Shown here piece after piece: positions 60,344 to 64,000 of a stretch of DNA of 64,000 nt (position 1 is the first letter of the stretch; each line of letters starts with the position of its first letter). The notes beneath the pieces are model-generated. The model did no database searches, was not told where the DNA came from, and worked only from the letters and a program-made list of their open reading frames with translations. Location of the stretch: the NCBI GenBank assembly GCA_964035545.1, contig OZ037767.1:16610581-16674580 (forward strand). The letters run 5' to 3'. Origin of the DNA: Bugula neritina (taxonomy: Eukaryota > Animalia > Bryozoa). The position numbers and the translations under genes are program-made.

Positions 60344-63300
60344 ATGGTAAGTTCCCGGTATATTTTAGTGTATTCCAACTATTTTATTCCTATAATATTT
60401 ATTTTCATTAATGCAAACAGATATAACAATTTGTTTCAAATTTATTGAATAGGGAACTTTGTTTACAAAACATAGCAATAATAGTTTCACAAATTTGTAT
60501 CAATACTAAAAAATTAATAATTCATAAAAACTTTATGAAATATGAATTAAATTTCTGTAATAATTATTTAGTTACAATTTTTGTTCATCAAATTCATTAT
60601 CTTACAGAACTTCATATTATAGTTTACAAAGACTAAATGTTTTACACCATTGGTTTGACTTTTTAATAATTTAGAATACAGCAATTACCATAATAAAGGT
60701 GTCTGAAAAACAAAACTAAAAACAAAAAATTAATCATTATATGTGAAAAAGCTAGTAAAATACATGAACTATAACTTTATATGAAATATAATAGTAACTA
60801 AATATATAATAAAGAGCAATTGTAATTATAGTTTTGCATTTTGAAGTACTAATGAAACTGTAGCATAAATATAATTATTTGAAATCAAAATTCTTCCAAA
60901 GTGTAGCCTATAATAAATTAGACGTAGGATCGCACGATGCGTTTTACACGTTCGTGACGTGCGAGAAAACCCGTTTAGCCCAAAAATGGGACGCCGTAAG
61001 CGGAATTTTCAAGCGTCTAACATTCTGAGCAAGAAAAACGGCAAGCTCGTGCGTGTTTAATCTAATTGGCTTATTATCATTTAGGGAGCACAATTTATTT
61101 ATTTCAATTTATGTTTTAGCTTTTAGCAAACTGAATTAAAACAGTTTCATATAATTTGCATTTCCACTTTTATAATATCAAAGTCACTTTGCAGATGACG
61201 TAATTTTAAAAACAAACGTCTGTACGCGAGCAGCAAAGTTTAACGCTAACATCATTGGTTAATAAATTTTTGCACTCGCAACACACGCAATGTGTGTGGC
61301 AGGTCAGTAGCGTGTATTCCTGCACGTCACGAACGTGTAAAACCGGTCGTGTGGCCCTACGCTAACAATTGAACAAAGATGAAATTTATTAAACAAATGT
61401 TGCTTACACTGATCTCATGTAAACTAATTGAAATTATTTCTTTTTTTGTGAAACTTTTAATTTATGTTTATAGGAATTTCAACACAATTATGCAGTTAAA
61501 TGATTGCAATTCTATACTGCATTCATGTTCTCCAACAGTAAATTAAATCAATATATTAGTACACAGGCAAATTCTTGAAATTATATTATGAATTTTTTAA
61601 TTTTACATAGGCATGTAACACTATCACGTATAGTTAAATGATGTTACATCTCAATATATATTTTTATACTGAATCCATGCTCTCCAGCAGTAAATTAGAT
61701 GAATATATTAGTTACTTGTTGGCTATAATATCTTACAGACTATATCCTAAACCCGTAGGCTATGCATGTCATTACAATCATTTCAATAAATTTTGGCATT
61801 TAAAATGAATATCGGTCAAATCTAAATAGTCAACGCAACTTTTTTATAATATTAAATGGAACTGTTTGTTCAATAAGAAACAACCTCTATAAAGATCATT
61901 GAAATAATATTACATATCTTGTTTGGGGTTAAATTTAGATGTCTACATAGTTAATGGATTGTTTACGTTGTTATGTTAAGAAGATAGATTGCAATTATAT
62001 TAAAATTATATACCAAAAACTATTTAGAACTTTATAATTTTCTTTATAACATATTGTGTAACAGTAGACAACCACAATATTTCAAATAAAATTATCATAG
62101 CATTAGTACAAGTATTAATGTAATTAGCTTAAGGTATCAGAGTATATTATGTAATTACAGCAACTCATTTTATATTTCATACAAACTTTGTTGAAGGAGA
62201 AGGAAAAGAAGAGTTCAAGGGCATCAGAGACACACAGAGGTGTTCGCGGAATATCTTTGGTGTTCTGTATCATAAATCTTCTCCTGTGGTTTTGCTTACT
62301 GCTCTACGGTGTATTTGAAGTATCAAACTTGTACAGAGAAGTTGATAGTCTCACAGCTGCTACTAGAGAGAAACCGTCTGTTGCGACCTTGACCCAAACT
62401 AAACAGGAAGTAGAAGAGAAACTCATAGTGAGGCTCACAGATGAGATCAGAAGTGTAAGAAGAGAGAGTAAAAGAGAAAGAAAGAGTATAGAAGAAGAAA
62501 ACAAAGTGTTGAAGGAAAAGTTGCTCTCACTAGAAACACAATATGATAACTTCAAGAGATTCTGGAAGGAGATGGTAGAGAAAGTAGGTAGTTATTAGTT
62601 TACTTATTCGCATGAAACAAGCATAGCCCCATTTCTTGGTATATAATCGAATAATTTTACTTTAGGTTGTCTCCCATGAGAATAAAAGTGAAGTGAGAGT
62701 TGAAAGACCAGAAGTAACTACAAGTTCTGTGTTTATTATGACTAACACCTCGACTGGGAGTGAAAGTACTGACTCAGGGAGTGGCGAATCTCCATTTCTG
62801 ATTGGTGGAGAGGTGGGATATAGTATATTGTGTTAATGCAGTAATGATAAATATATATTTTACTTACCTGAAATTGCAATTACAGAGTAATCTATTCCAT
62901 TGGTTGCAGGTGCTGTTTCATGAGAATAGAGAGGGAAATGAGTGGATAACTCCAGTCAGTACTTCTGACTCAACTACATCTGAACCAACTAGTATAGCAG
63001 AGCTGGGTAGTGGTGAAACTGAGTTGCATTTAACCAATGAGAGCGTTCCATACACATACACACAAAGTTCAGCTAATAGCAACAGCTCTAAGACAGAAGA
63101 AGGGGACCCCACAGTTCTCCTCCCCACTTCTTTTAAAAATATGGAAAGTTCCTTGGGCTATGATGACACAGAGCTGTCTTTACCTGAGCAAATTGTTGAA
63201 CTTTTAGGTAAATTGTATAATATTCATGTAATATTGTACATTAATACAAATAAGCAAGTTTATGTTGCTTTATTCAAGATATGCGTTATTTATTGTTTTA

Positions 63301-63946
63301 TTCTGTTTTATAGCTTGTAGACAAGGACCAAAAGGTGAAAAAGGGGTTACTGGAAAAGATGGTCATCCAGGTATTGACGGTGCAACCGGGGAGAAAGGAG
63401 AACCCGGCATTATGGGAGAGAAAGGAATGTCAGGAGAAAAAGGAGAAAGTGGACTTCCTGGTGTTGATGGCAGAATTGGTAGAAAAGGAGAACCTGGTAA
63501 TAATGGTGAAGTTGGGGTGTCTGGAACAAAGGGTGAAAAGGGAATATCTGGAAATCATGGAGAAAAAGGAGCTCCTGGTAGAAACGGAGCCGATGGAGAA
63601 AAAGGAGTTCAGGGTTTGAAAGGTGATAAAGGTTTGCCTGGAGAGAATGGACTGCCTGGTGTAGATGGCATAGCTGGTGAAAAAGGAGAACCTGGTCGTT
63701 TTGGCTCAGCCGGCACACCAGGACCAAAAGGCGATAAAGGAATGTCTGGAGAAAATGGAAGAAATGGAGCACCTGGTAACACTGGTGCTAAAGGAGATCC
63801 AGGTGAACCTGGAGCTCAGGGAGACAAGGGAATGATTGGTCAAAAGGGATCAAAAGGACTACAAGGACAGACTGGAGTAAGAGGAGTGGCTGGTTTGAAG
63901 GGAGATTCTGGTAGAACTGGTATTCCAGGAGTCAAAGGTGAAAAAG
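60344..63946 (+). CDS. Copy 8 (5' part; continues beyond window): type II TM collagenous lectin, intact as far as visible
   Basis: Exons 60344-60346, 62197-62583, 62666-62812, 62910-63207, 63314-63946, in frame and GT-AG. Confidence 0.82.
60921..61362. mobile_element. MITE, same element at the same intronic site as 26885-27328
   Basis: Near-identical sequence and flanks, so it was inherited by duplication or conversion rather than inserted independently. Confidence 0.88.
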
Positions 63947-64000
63947 GTGAATATTGTATTACACAGTATATATATTATATTGTTTAATATGTCGTATTAC

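Larger units (their letters stand above)
43282..60480 (+). repeat. Higher-order segmental duplicate of window positions ~1-18000
   Basis: Colinear high identity: 1-1061 = 43282-44410; 6156-13581 = 44411-52211; 13582-14152 = 58383-58952; 16438-18000 = 58953-60480. Confidence 0.9.

Noticed and set aside
310-63772. Many minus-strand and alternate-frame ORFs over the collagen and coiled-coil exons (Pro/Ser/Phe-rich, LHFFHF.., MEKKE..)
   Set aside because: They are shadows of Gly-X-Y codon periodicity and recur only because the exons are duplicated.

Overview
AT-rich eukaryotic genomic DNA with spliceosomal introns, probably from an invertebrate animal; it is not prokaryotic. The window is a head-to-tail tandem array of 8 copies (+ strand, about 5-14 kb spacing) of one multi-exon gene. 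The gene encodes a type II transmembrane collagenous C-type lectin: short cytoplasmic tail, TM helix, coiled coil, Ser/Thr-rich stalk, about 100 Gly-X-Y triplets, a 15-aa neck mini-exon and a C-terminal C-type lectin domain (CTLD). This is the class A scavenger receptor / CL-P1 (COLEC12)-like architecture. Copies 2, 4 and 7 splice into complete ORFs and copy 8 is intact up to the window edge. Copies 1, 3, 5 and 6 are disabled, but copies 1, 3 and 5 keep open CTLD exons. The sugar-binding end of the CTLD is hypervariable, with differences almost all amino-acid changing, and the copies are patchwork mosaics of each other. The array contains a higher-order duplication of about 43 kb. Mobile elements: a 5'-truncated LINE, a very young BEL/Pao LTR element lacking reverse transcriptase, a non-autonomous hAT element with an internal 90-bp palindrome, TA-flanked MITEs and tRNA-derived SINE fragments. 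A 2-kb 34-bp satellite is also present. All exon models and difference counts were made by eye.
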